This document shows positions 8,649 through 16,556 of a DNA stretch of 20,000 bases, piece by piece. Location: positions 53,908-73,907 of the IMG/VR virus record IMGVR_UViG_3300025012_000068; one strand, given 5' to 3'. The number at the start of each line of letters is the position of its first letter. The first letter of the stretch is position 1. Source of the DNA: an uncultured virus (IMG/VR IMGVR_UViG_3300025012_000068). Its lineage: Duplodnaviria; Heunggongvirae; Uroviricota; Caudoviricetes. Made by a program: the position numbers and the translations under genes. Under the pieces are notes generated by a model. It made no database searches and was not told the origin of the DNA. It saw only the letters and a program-made list of their open reading frames with translations.

Positions 8649-8860
8649 AAAATTAAACAAAAATAATTAATGGAATTTTACTTCAATTACTGACTTTTTT
8701 ATCCTAAAGACTATAGGACAACCCTAGAAAGAAATATTTTTTATAAAACTGCATACCATGTCAAAATTCCAGACTTATAAATTTGCTTAACTTTAAAATA
8801 TTGTTTTTACTATTTTTTATTTATTTTAAAAATATTTTTTCGAAAAAGATGAAAAAAACT

Positions 8861-8888
8861 AAAACAAATTCATTTTTTTTAATAGAAG
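8861..8888 (+). promoter_or_regulatory. Motif A copy upstream of the non-coding structured element
   Basis: AAAACAAATT-CATTTTTTTT-AATAGAAG compared with AAAACAATTT-TATTTTTTTT-AATATAAA at 884-914(-). Confidence 0.5.
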
Positions 8889-8890
8889 TG

Positions 8891-9148
8891 ATAGAGTGCT
8901 TGCTAAGTCTAATTAACTCTTAAGTTTCTAATTATAAAAATAATACTTAAAAAAATAAAGAATATATTTTTAATATTAAAACAAAAATTAAAAAAACTAA
9001 AAAAACAAATTATAAATTAAAAAATACTTTTAATATTAAAAAATAAAAATTAAAGATTAAAGAATATATTTTTAATATTAAAAAAATAAAAGATAAATTA
9101 AAATTTAGAACTTAAGTTTTAAATTAGCACTTCAAAAGCGTAAGCTAT
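8891..9148 (+). other. Structured non-coding element (candidate replication origin or ncRNA)
   Basis: Imperfect inverted arms 8891-8933 / 9102-9148 enclose ~170 nt of extremely A-rich sequence; located at the coding strand switch. Confidence 0.5.
8956..9084. repeat. Iteron-like repeats
   Basis: Exact 26 bp direct repeat TAAAGAATATATTTTTAATATTAAAA at 8956-8981 and 9058-9083; palindromic core TTTTAATATTAAAA at 8968, 9028 and 9070. Confidence 0.8.
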
Positions 9149-9171
9149 GTTTATTTTAAAGTAAAATAAAC
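9149..9171 (+). other. 10 bp hairpin just before ATG 9177
   Basis: GTTTATTTTA-AAG-TAAAATAAAC, perfect stem; directly follows the 3' arm of the structured element. Confidence 0.45.
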
Positions 9172-9176
9172 TTTTA

Positions 9177-9428
9177 ATGACACCTATTGAAATTCCTCAT
9201 ATTTTTAATAAAACTGTAACTAAATACCTTTTATCATTAACTGATAAAATATATTTTGGTAAATATAAAAATTTAACTATAGAAGAAATTATTATTATAG
9301 ATTACCAATATATAGACTTTTTAATTAAAAATTCAGGAAAAGTTTCTTTTACAAAAGAAGTTAAAGATAAAATAAAATTTAATATTTCTAGTAAAAAATC
9401 TTTAAAATCTTTATTTAAAAATAAATAA
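9177..9428 (+). CDS. Small protein with FGKYK motif (ExoX C-terminal / DUF3820-like)
   Basis: FGKYKNLTIEEIIIIDYQYIDFL matches the FGKyKG..i.ei...D..Y..w pattern. Confidence 0.6.
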   Translation: MTPIEIPHIFNKTVTKYLLSLTDKIYFGKYKNLTIEEIIIIDYQYIDFLIKNSGKVSFTKEVKDKIKFNISSKKSLKSLFKNK

Positions 9429-9434
9429 ATGTAA

Positions 9435-12400
9435 ATGGATGAAGAATTAAATAAACTTCTACAGGAACTACTTTTAGAACATTGTAAAATACAAGATAAT
9501 ACTTTAGCATCTAATGATATTTTAAATAAAGCTTTAACTGAATGCCAACTTAATGGTATACCTTTTTCTGAATTAAAAGAACCTATTGAACAATCTGAAT
9601 TTACTAAACAAGACTCTACTCGTGAATCTTTAGAAAAAGAATTACAAGATAATATGAGTCAATTAGACTTATGTTTAAAGGATATTAATTCTAAAACTAA
9701 AGACCTTGCATCAAATATTAATAAAAATTTAATAGTTGATGCTACTTTATCTAAATTAAAAGAATATAAAGATTTATATGAACCGATATATCAATACCAT
9801 TTTGAATTAAAAAACCAAGCAGATCTTCTTTTACAAAAAAGACAAACCTATTTAGATAGTATTAATGTAATAAGAACATCTATAACAAATATTTCTAATA
9901 CTATAGATAATAAAACTCTTGAAAGAGATAAATATTCTACTACTGATAAAACTTTATCAGATAATATACAAAAAGAAATAAATTCATTAAATTTAAAAAA
10001 GAATGTATTAAAAACTAAATTAGAGTATTTAGTAAATAGAGAAAAAAATAAAATAAAGTTTGACTCTATTTTAAATACTGAATTTATTATAGATGACACT
10101 GCTATTGATAAAGATGCAGCTAAAAAAGAATTATTAAATAAACTTATTACAGGAGCTTTTCTAGAATCTAATATTTCAATATTTTCAAATGCTTATGCAA
10201 GTAATTTAACTATTAATGCAACAGATGTAGAAATAACAAAGGATTTAAATTTTAAAATACTATTTGATTTTATACATCAATCAATTGATTTAGATGATAA
10301 TATTAAAAAAGAAAATATACTTAATATTTTACAAAAAAAATCATTTATTACTAATTTAACAAATTTTACAATAGAACAAATTCCTGATGAGTATAAATAT
10401 TCAGGAATTTTATATGAACAATATTATAATCTTTTTCAAGACCCTATTAATAATTTCTTTTCTTTAGACGAAAGAGGTCTTACATCAGACCAATCTAAAA
10501 TTGATATTGAATTAAAAAATGATATTGAAGTATCTAAGCAATCTGGAATAGATATTTCAAACAGTGTTAAGATTGATATTAATGGAATAACTTATTATAT
10601 TAAAGATTTTAAGAAATTTCAAGAATTTAATAGTACTATACAAAGCCAATTAAATATTAGAATTAATGAAATAAAAGAATCTAAAATTAAACCTAGTTTA
10701 GATAAATTAATTTTTATGCTAAAGGAATTAGCTACTACCCAGATAAAATATATTTTAGCATACGGCGATTTATTTAGCAGTACATTAGTTAAAGATGATT
10801 TAATAATTGATTTAAATAATCCTAAACTTATCTTAAATATTAATAGCGATTTGAGTTCTATTATTAATACAATACATAATATATACAATTCATACAACTC
10901 TGGTTATAAAGATTTAACTACTGAAATACATAAGTTAGAATCAGAGCAATTACAGAATATATCAGTTATTAATAATTTTAAAAATGATTTATCTTCTGTA
11001 CAATGTTCTAAAAAGACGGGTAGTCTTGACGAACTTACTGAACCAGAAGGGGCTGGTATTGATCCTTTAGGAAGACAAAGTTTAAAGAACGGTATAAGTA
11101 TTTCTAATCCAAATATAACTAAGTGGTGTTATTGGGTAAAATTTGCTAAAATTGCAACTATGGCAGGATTACTCCCTATACCAGAAGCTCCATCATTTAG
11201 ATATTGGCCATATGGATTAGTAGTTCCAACTCCGGCTGGTCCTAAAAAAATACAACTTCCTCCAGTTTTTATACCAATAACTGTTATTTCTTCTAATTTA
11301 GGAACAATTGTAATATTTGTAGTACAGTGTGGAATACTACCATGCCCTTTAGTTTTTTATATTTCTAAAAGTGGAGTCAAAAAATTTTTAATTACACTAA
11401 AAGGAGAATCTACTGAATTCGGTCAGCCTAACGATTCATCTAATATTAAAGATTTTTTACAAGCTAAACTTAATATACTTAAAAACTTCGGTCTAGACAA
11501 ACTAAAATTATTTGGTATTTCAAAACCTGAATTAGATTTTTTAAAAAAAATAGGAATAGACCAAACATTTGACGAATTTACTGCAGAAATATATAGTGAA
11601 TTAGCCCAAAAAATTGATGCTATTCAATTGCCTCCAATGACTAATTTTAATAAATTAAAAGATAAATTAGGAAAAAGCCTTAATGACTTATCAATTGATG
11701 AAAAAATTAATTTAATAAAACTAGATTTTTATGAATACATAGATAATATTGATTTTCCAACACTTGAATTACCTAAAGATAAAACTAAAATATACCCTAA
11801 AAAAAATAGTGGAAAAAGTATTAATGATTTATTTAAAGATTATAATACTAATAAATATAAAGATGATAATAAAGAAAAACGAAATTTAAAAACTAAAATT
11901 TTAAATGAAATTGATAAACTTGATATTTCTGATATAGTAGGAGATATTCCTGATATACCTATAAATGATGAGAATTTAGTTAAAATAAAAGATAAATGGA
12001 ATAAGATTCTATCTAAGAGTTTTGATAAAATAAAAAATAATCCAGAATTAGCATTTTCATTATTAAATATACAACAATTAAATGAAATTACAATAGGCAA
12101 TCCTTTTAATTGTAAAGATGAATTACCTCCTATTAATATAAAAATTCCAGGAGCGGCTCTGGAAATAATTATTATAGTTGAACAACTAATAGCCTCAACC
12201 TTAAATCTTTTAACTTCTGAAAATATTAAGGAAATACTATCGTTAGAATCTATATCTCCATCTAGAATGAAAGACAGTTTAAAAATAATAATTAAAAAAA
12301 CGGTTCCTGATAAATTTTTGCCAGATTTCCTTTATGACTTTAGTATTATAAATATTATGAAAAATACATTAATTAATATTTATAAAACTCTTGAATTAAG

Positions 12401-12980
12401 CTTTAATTTAGATTTAATACAAGCAGGAATAAAAATTGATATGAATATCTTAAAAGAACCAATAAAAAAATCATTGGACGATTCTATTAAAAGTATTACA
12501 AAGTCATTTCATTTAAGTATTGATACTGATTTTATAAATTTTAGTCCAACTGATATGAAGGTTTTATTTAAAAAAACTATTAAAGATAGTATTGAAGTGT
12601 CTTCTGCTATTTTTGAAACACCGTTTAATACTATACCGGCATTAAAATCAATTAAAGATATAAATTTAATGGATGTTATGACAGGTCTTTTAAAGAATCC
12701 ACTTATGCTTTTTGGAAAAAATGCAAATGACCAAATTAATCTTACTAATATTAAAGCTCTTAATGATGCGTATAAAGTATTAGAAAATGCCATACCTATA
12801 CCATTCGTAGCGTCTTTATATTTAATTGCATCTGGAAATACTAAAGCCCTACAGACACTCCATCCAATTTTAGAATATGACGACTTACCACCATGGGAAA
12901 GGCTAAGTCTCGACAATTTTATATTTATGTTATTTATGGATAGCTTTTTACATACTACTAAACAACGTTCAGGCTTTTAA
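9435..12980 (+). CDS. Large hypothetical protein (1181 aa), probably virion-associated
   Basis: Coiled-coil-rich N-terminal half; central Pro/Trp/Cys-rich hydrophobic segment; no recognisable catalytic motif. Confidence 0.85.
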   Translation: MDEELNKLLQELLLEHCKIQDNTLASNDILNKALTECQLNGIPFSELKEPIEQSEFTKQDSTRESLEKELQDNMSQLDLCLKDINSKTKDLASNINKNLIVDATLSKLKEYKDLYEPIYQYHFELKNQADLLLQKRQTYLDSINVIRTSITNISNTIDNKTLERDKYSTTDKTLSDNIQKEINSLNLKKNVLKTKLEYLVNREKNKIKFDSILNTEFIIDDTAIDKDAAKKELLNKLITGAFLESNISIFSNAYASNLTINATDVEITKDLNFKILFDFIHQSIDLDDNIKKENILNILQKKSFITNLTNFTIEQIPDEYKYSGILYEQYYNLFQDPINNFFSLDERGLTSDQSKIDIELKNDIEVSKQSGIDISNSVKIDINGITYYIKDFKKFQEFNSTIQSQLNIRINEIKESKIKPSLDKLIFMLKELATTQIKYILAYGDLFSSTLVKDDLIIDLNNPKLILNINSDLSSIINTIHNIYNSYNSGYKDLTTEIHKLESEQLQNISVINNFKNDLSSVQCSKKTGSLDELTEPEGAGIDPLGRQSLKNGISISNPNITKWCYWVKFAKIATMAGLLPIPEAPSFRYWPYGLVVPTPAGPKKIQLPPVFIPITVISSNLGTIVIFVVQCGILPCPLVFYISKSGVKKFLITLKGESTEFGQPNDSSNIKDFLQAKLNILKNFGLDKLKLFGISKPELDFLKKIGIDQTFDEFTAEIYSELAQKIDAIQLPPMTNFNKLKDKLGKSLNDLSIDEKINLIKLDFYEYIDNIDFPTLELPKDKTKIYPKKNSGKSINDLFKDYNTNKYKDDNKEKRNLKTKILNEIDKLDISDIVGDIPDIPINDENLVKIKDKWNKILSKSFDKIKNNPELAFSLLNIQQLNEITIGNPFNCKDELPPINIKIPGAALEIIIIVEQLIASTLNLLTSENIKEILSLESISPSRMKDSLKIIIKKTVPDKFLPDFLYDFSIINIMKNTLINIYKTLELSFNLDLIQAGIKIDMNILKEPIKKSLDDSIKSITKSFHLSIDTDFINFSPTDMKVLFKKTIKDSIEVSSAIFETPFNTIPALKSIKDINLMDVMTGLLKNPLMLFGKNANDQINLTNIKALNDAYKVLENAIPIPFVASLYLIASGNTKALQTLHPILEYDDLPPWERLSLDNFIFMLFMDSFLHTTKQRSGF

Positions 12981-12999
12981 AATAAAAATTTAATAATTA

Positions 13000-13030
13000 A
13001 AAACAATTTAATATTTTTTTATATAAAACA
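13000..13030 (+). promoter_or_regulatory. Putative phage promoter, motif A copy
   Basis: AAAACAATTTAATATTTTTTTATATAAAACA upstream of the S1-like gene. Confidence 0.65.
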
Positions 13031-13073
13031 CATATTATTAATAATAGTACTAACCTTATTTAAATAAATTTTT

Positions 13074-14144
13074 ATGAATACACAATTAATGGATTTTGAA
13101 ACGGAAGTTGAACCTATAAATGAATTTGCTAAATATTTAAGTGAACATCCTGAATATTTAGAGTCATCTAAAGAATACAATATTGGACAAATTATTGAAG
13201 TTATACCTAGTAAAATTAATTTTTCTGATAAAACTTTAGAACTTTATGAGAAAAAATCTAAGACTAATGTTTATGTTAGTTTTAAAGACTTAACTACTGA
13301 TATTAAAGAAATTGAAGATGGCAATATACCGTCATTAAAAGTAGCAGTTATTAAGGTATCTAAAGCTAATGAAGTTTTCGCGTCAGAAAAAAAATCGCAA
13401 GAAGCCTTATATTATACTGAATTATTTAATTTTAATAAAAATAATCAATTTTTTAAAGTTAAATATACTTCATTAGTTAATGGAGGTTACCTTGCTTTAT
13501 ATAAAGATATATATGAAGTATTTGTTCCAGGAAGTTTAGCCGGAGCAAATGTTATTTTAGATTTTAAAAAACATCTTAATAGTGAATACTATGTAATGGT
13601 TGATAACTATGACAAAGATAATAAACTATTTATAGTATCATATAAAAAATATTTAAATAAGGCTTTACCTTACAAAATTAAAAATGAGTTAGATATTACT
13701 AAAAAATATACAGCTCATTTGACAAATAATCCTTATCCTTTTGGTATGTTTGTTGAATTTGATGGAACATATACTGGATTATTACACTCAAGTGAGTTTA
13801 CTGATTATAATGAAATAAAAAAATCATATAAAATTGGTGATACGATTGACGTATATGTTAAAGATATTGTTAAAAAAGATAAACAACTCCGAATTACCCT
13901 AACTATGGATTCTCTAAATACTAATAATAACTTACTTAAATGGTATGACTTAAGATTACTTTTACAAGATAAAAACTTTAATTATACTATAAATGGTGAT
14001 GTTATTAATATAATAACTGGAGATACCCCAATTTCAATAACAGTGGATCCTGCTGAAATACGTAAAAATAGAGAATTCTCCAAAATTAGAATTAAATCAG
14101 TAAATATAATGGACCAACATATAGAATTTGATTTTACTAATTAA
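13074..14144 (+). CDS. Ribosomal protein S1-like multi-S1-domain RNA-binding protein
   Basis: S1 repeats NGGYLA..VFVPGSLA..FIVSYKK and PFGMFVEFDG.YTGLLHSSEF..YKIGDTIDVYVKDI; a degenerate first repeat (YNIGQIIEV..VFASEKK). Confidence 0.85.
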   Translation: MNTQLMDFETEVEPINEFAKYLSEHPEYLESSKEYNIGQIIEVIPSKINFSDKTLELYEKKSKTNVYVSFKDLTTDIKEIEDGNIPSLKVAVIKVSKANEVFASEKKSQEALYYTELFNFNKNNQFFKVKYTSLVNGGYLALYKDIYEVFVPGSLAGANVILDFKKHLNSEYYVMVDNYDKDNKLFIVSYKKYLNKALPYKIKNELDITKKYTAHLTNNPYPFGMFVEFDGTYTGLLHSSEFTDYNEIKKSYKIGDTIDVYVKDIVKKDKQLRITLTMDSLNTNNNLLKWYDLRLLLQDKNFNYTINGDVINIITGDTPISITVDPAEIRKNREFSKIRIKSVNIMDQHIEFDFTN

Positions 14145-14469
14145 AAAAAATATAATGGAAACTAAACAAATTAATTTACCTAAAGATGAAGATGTGGATT
14201 TTCAATGCAGAAAATTAATGTTATCTATTTTTAGTGAATGTAATATAATTTTTAAAGAAACCCGAATAGGTAATCCAACAGAAATTAATTTTTTCTTAAA
14301 TGAAAATCAAATTAAATATTTTAAAAAATATAACCATTTTTCTACATTTAAAACAACTTTTAATAAATCTAATGACTCGCATAAAGTTGTTCTAACTCTA
14401 GACCCTACTCATTATGGAAGTACTAATAATACAATAAGAAAAACTACACTAGAAATTAATTACATTTAA
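14128..14469 (+). CDS. Hypothetical protein (true start probably ATG 14155)
   Basis: Co-directional and tightly packed; ATG 14155 follows an A-rich leader and avoids overlap with the S1-like gene. Confidence 0.7.
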   Translation: MILLIKKNIMETKQINLPKDEDVDFQCRKLMLSIFSECNIIFKETRIGNPTEINFFLNENQIKYFKKYNHFSTFKTTFNKSNDSHKVVLTLDPTHYGSTNNTIRKTTLEINYI

Positions 14470-14474
14470 TTTTA

Positions 14475-14816
14475 ATGAGAAGACGAAAACCCTATACTAC
14501 TGAAGAATTTTTTAAAAATCTAGAGAAATCTTTAAAAAAAGATAGTTTAGTAATTAACAAAACTTTAAAAACGCATTTGCAAAGTATTGTTAATACATCT
14601 ATAACAGAAAAAGCACGGCCTGAAGCTATACGTATTCTTTTAAAATCAAATAAAACTGAAATTGGAGAATTTTTATATGCGCATTACTCGGATGGTAATG
14701 GAGTTGGGCTAAATTGTATAGCTCTAGACTTTATTAAATTAAGATTAATTAAAGATGGAAAACTTGGCAAAAATACTGGTAAACACTTTGGAAATATAGA
14801 TTTAAATGACTTATAA
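14475..14816 (+). CDS. Hypothetical basic protein
   Basis: 113 aa ORF, ATG start, overlaps the next start by 11 nt. Confidence 0.7.
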   Translation: MRRRKPYTTEEFFKNLEKSLKKDSLVINKTLKTHLQSIVNTSITEKARPEAIRILLKSNKTEIGEFLYAHYSDGNGVGLNCIALDFIKLRLIKDGKLGKNTGKHFGNIDLNDL

Positions 14817-16218
14817 ATTTAAATACTCCATTATACTTCCTTTTTTAGATTCTTTAAAAACTACAGAATATTTAGAATCTCTTTTACAAAAAATACCATA
14901 CGCTCTTGATATAGAAATTATATGTATAAATAATTGTACATATACTAATAATTCTACATTTGATAGACTTATTAATTTTTTAATTAAAGAAACTAACTGT
15001 ATTTTTGAATTAATAAATTATGGAATTTCAAATAGTAATGGCGAATATATTATTCTTTTAAATGAAAATGTTATTATTAATGATAATAATTGGATTGAGA
15101 ATTTATATTTAAATTTATATGATAATTCAGGAGTTGGCGTAAATATGATGGAAATACATAATGTTAATTTTATGTATTTATTTCCATCTTTAATTAAGAG
15201 AGACGTATTTTATAATTATGAATTTAATAATTATACAATACCTGAATTTGGCGTCATGGATTTTTGTGATTTGTTAATAACAAATAAACATCATTTTAAT
15301 TTTATTAAAAATAATGTTTGTGAGTATATTGATGATGAAAAAGAAATATCTAACAGATTAATTAATGATGAATTAATTAAATATAAAAGGGAGTCATTTT
15401 TAAGAAAATCAAAACATAATATAGATGTTTTAGTTGAAGTTATTACTAGTAATAGGTCTACTACGACTTTACCAATTACTCTTACTTCTATTTTAAATCA
15501 AACTAAAACTCCTAGAGTATTACTATTAATGTGGAATGATATAGAAGAATACTCGGAGAATAATCCATTGTTTTTACTTATACAAAATATATTAAAAGGT
15601 ATAGAGAGTAAAGGAACTGATGTTATTGTTATAAATTCAGATATAGACCATATATCTAAAAAACATCAATTTGCATTAGAAACTAATAGAACTAATATTA
15701 ATTGTAAATACCACTACAGAATTGATGATGACTGTTTGGCAACTTATAATACTTTAGAAAACTTATATAATTTTTTAGAAGCTACTCTTAATTGTTATGC
15801 AGTTGGTCCATTAGTAGTAGATCCAGCTTTACCTATTAATACAAATGAAGTAGATATATCATCTAAAATAGAAGATATATTTTCATCTATGAATGAACAA
15901 TGGCTAGATATTAATAGAGGTAAAAAAGAAGTGGACCATTTATATTCATCATTTATGTTTAGAACAAACGACTATAATATTAATTATGAATTAAATTTAT
16001 CTCCAGTATCGCATAGAGAAGAAACTTTTTTTAGTTTAAAAATGAAATTAGCAGGGTATTCAGTATATGTGGATACTTCTACTAAAGTTTTACATTATCG
16101 AAATAATAATGGAGGAATTAGAAAATATAATGATATTGAGATTGAAGAATATTCTATGAGTGACGAGAAGATATTTCAAGAATTTTTAATTAAAAATAAT
16201 TTATTAAAAAAAAAGTAA
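14806..16218 (+). CDS. Glycosyltransferase, tandem GT2-like (GT-A) domains, the first degenerate
   Basis: YSIILPF..IEIICINN..GEYIILLNENV in domain 1; TLTSILNQT..YRIDDDC (DxD)..HREET..VLHY in domain 2. Confidence 0.8.
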   Translation: MTYKFKYSIILPFLDSLKTTEYLESLLQKIPYALDIEIICINNCTYTNNSTFDRLINFLIKETNCIFELINYGISNSNGEYIILLNENVIINDNNWIENLYLNLYDNSGVGVNMMEIHNVNFMYLFPSLIKRDVFYNYEFNNYTIPEFGVMDFCDLLITNKHHFNFIKNNVCEYIDDEKEISNRLINDELIKYKRESFLRKSKHNIDVLVEVITSNRSTTTLPITLTSILNQTKTPRVLLLMWNDIEEYSENNPLFLLIQNILKGIESKGTDVIVINSDIDHISKKHQFALETNRTNINCKYHYRIDDDCLATYNTLENLYNFLEATLNCYAVGPLVVDPALPINTNEVDISSKIEDIFSSMNEQWLDINRGKKEVDHLYSSFMFRTNDYNINYELNLSPVSHREETFFSLKMKLAGYSVYVDTSTKVLHYRNNNGGIRKYNDIEIEEYSMSDEKIFQEFLIKNNLLKKK

Positions 16219-16529
16219 TATCAGTAGTATGTAATGGTGGATTAGGAGATTGCTATATTTTAAAAAGATGGATTAGAGATAATATAGAAAAAAATAATGA
16301 TATTCATTTTCAAATATTTACATATTATCCTTTCATTTTTAAGAACTTTTATAAAAATATAGCTATAAATAATATTACCTCTTTTAAGTCAAAGTTATAT
16401 ATTTATTATTTAGATAAATTAAGTATTAATACTGATATATATGAATTTTGTTCAAAAAGAAAAATAAATCAAAATTTTAGTAAAACAGTTTATGAATTCT
16501 TTGATAATAGATTATTAAAGATACAATAA
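16215..16529 (+). CDS. Start-less -1 frame extension of the glycosyltransferase (GGLGD, GT-B/GT9-like N-terminal motif); not in ORF track
   Basis: 104 sense codons VISVVCNGGLGDCYILKRW...RLLKIQ*, no Met; fills the gap before nrdJ; the frame is closed upstream by TAA at 16197-16199. Confidence 0.7.
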   Translation, partial: VISVVCNGGLGDCYILKRWIRDNIEKNNDIHFQIFTYYPFIFKNFYKNIAINNITSFKSKLYIYYLDKLSINTDIYEFCSKRKINQNFSKTVYEFFDNRLLKIQ

Positions 16530-16556
16530 TAATTAATTAAAAATTAAATTAAAAAT

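Noticed and set aside
8956..9084. Mini CRISPR array
   Set aside because: Only 2-3 units, uneven spacing, low-complexity A-rich 'spacers' and no cas gene in the window.
8572..9176. tRNA or protein-coding gene in the long intergenic region
   Set aside because: No cloverleaf or T-loop (GTTCRA) pattern and no credible ORF found on either strand.
9848..12916. Minus-strand ORFs 9848..10099, 10619..10897, 11840..12100 and 12509..12916
   Set aside because: Antisense shadows inside the 1181 aa gene, with the F/I/L/S-rich composition typical of the reverse of A-rich coding DNA.
16482..16512. Motif A copy upstream of nrdJ (AAAACAGTTT...TAATAGA)
   Set aside because: Spacing is 2-4 nt longer than in the other copies and it lies within the coding extension; possible but not supportable.
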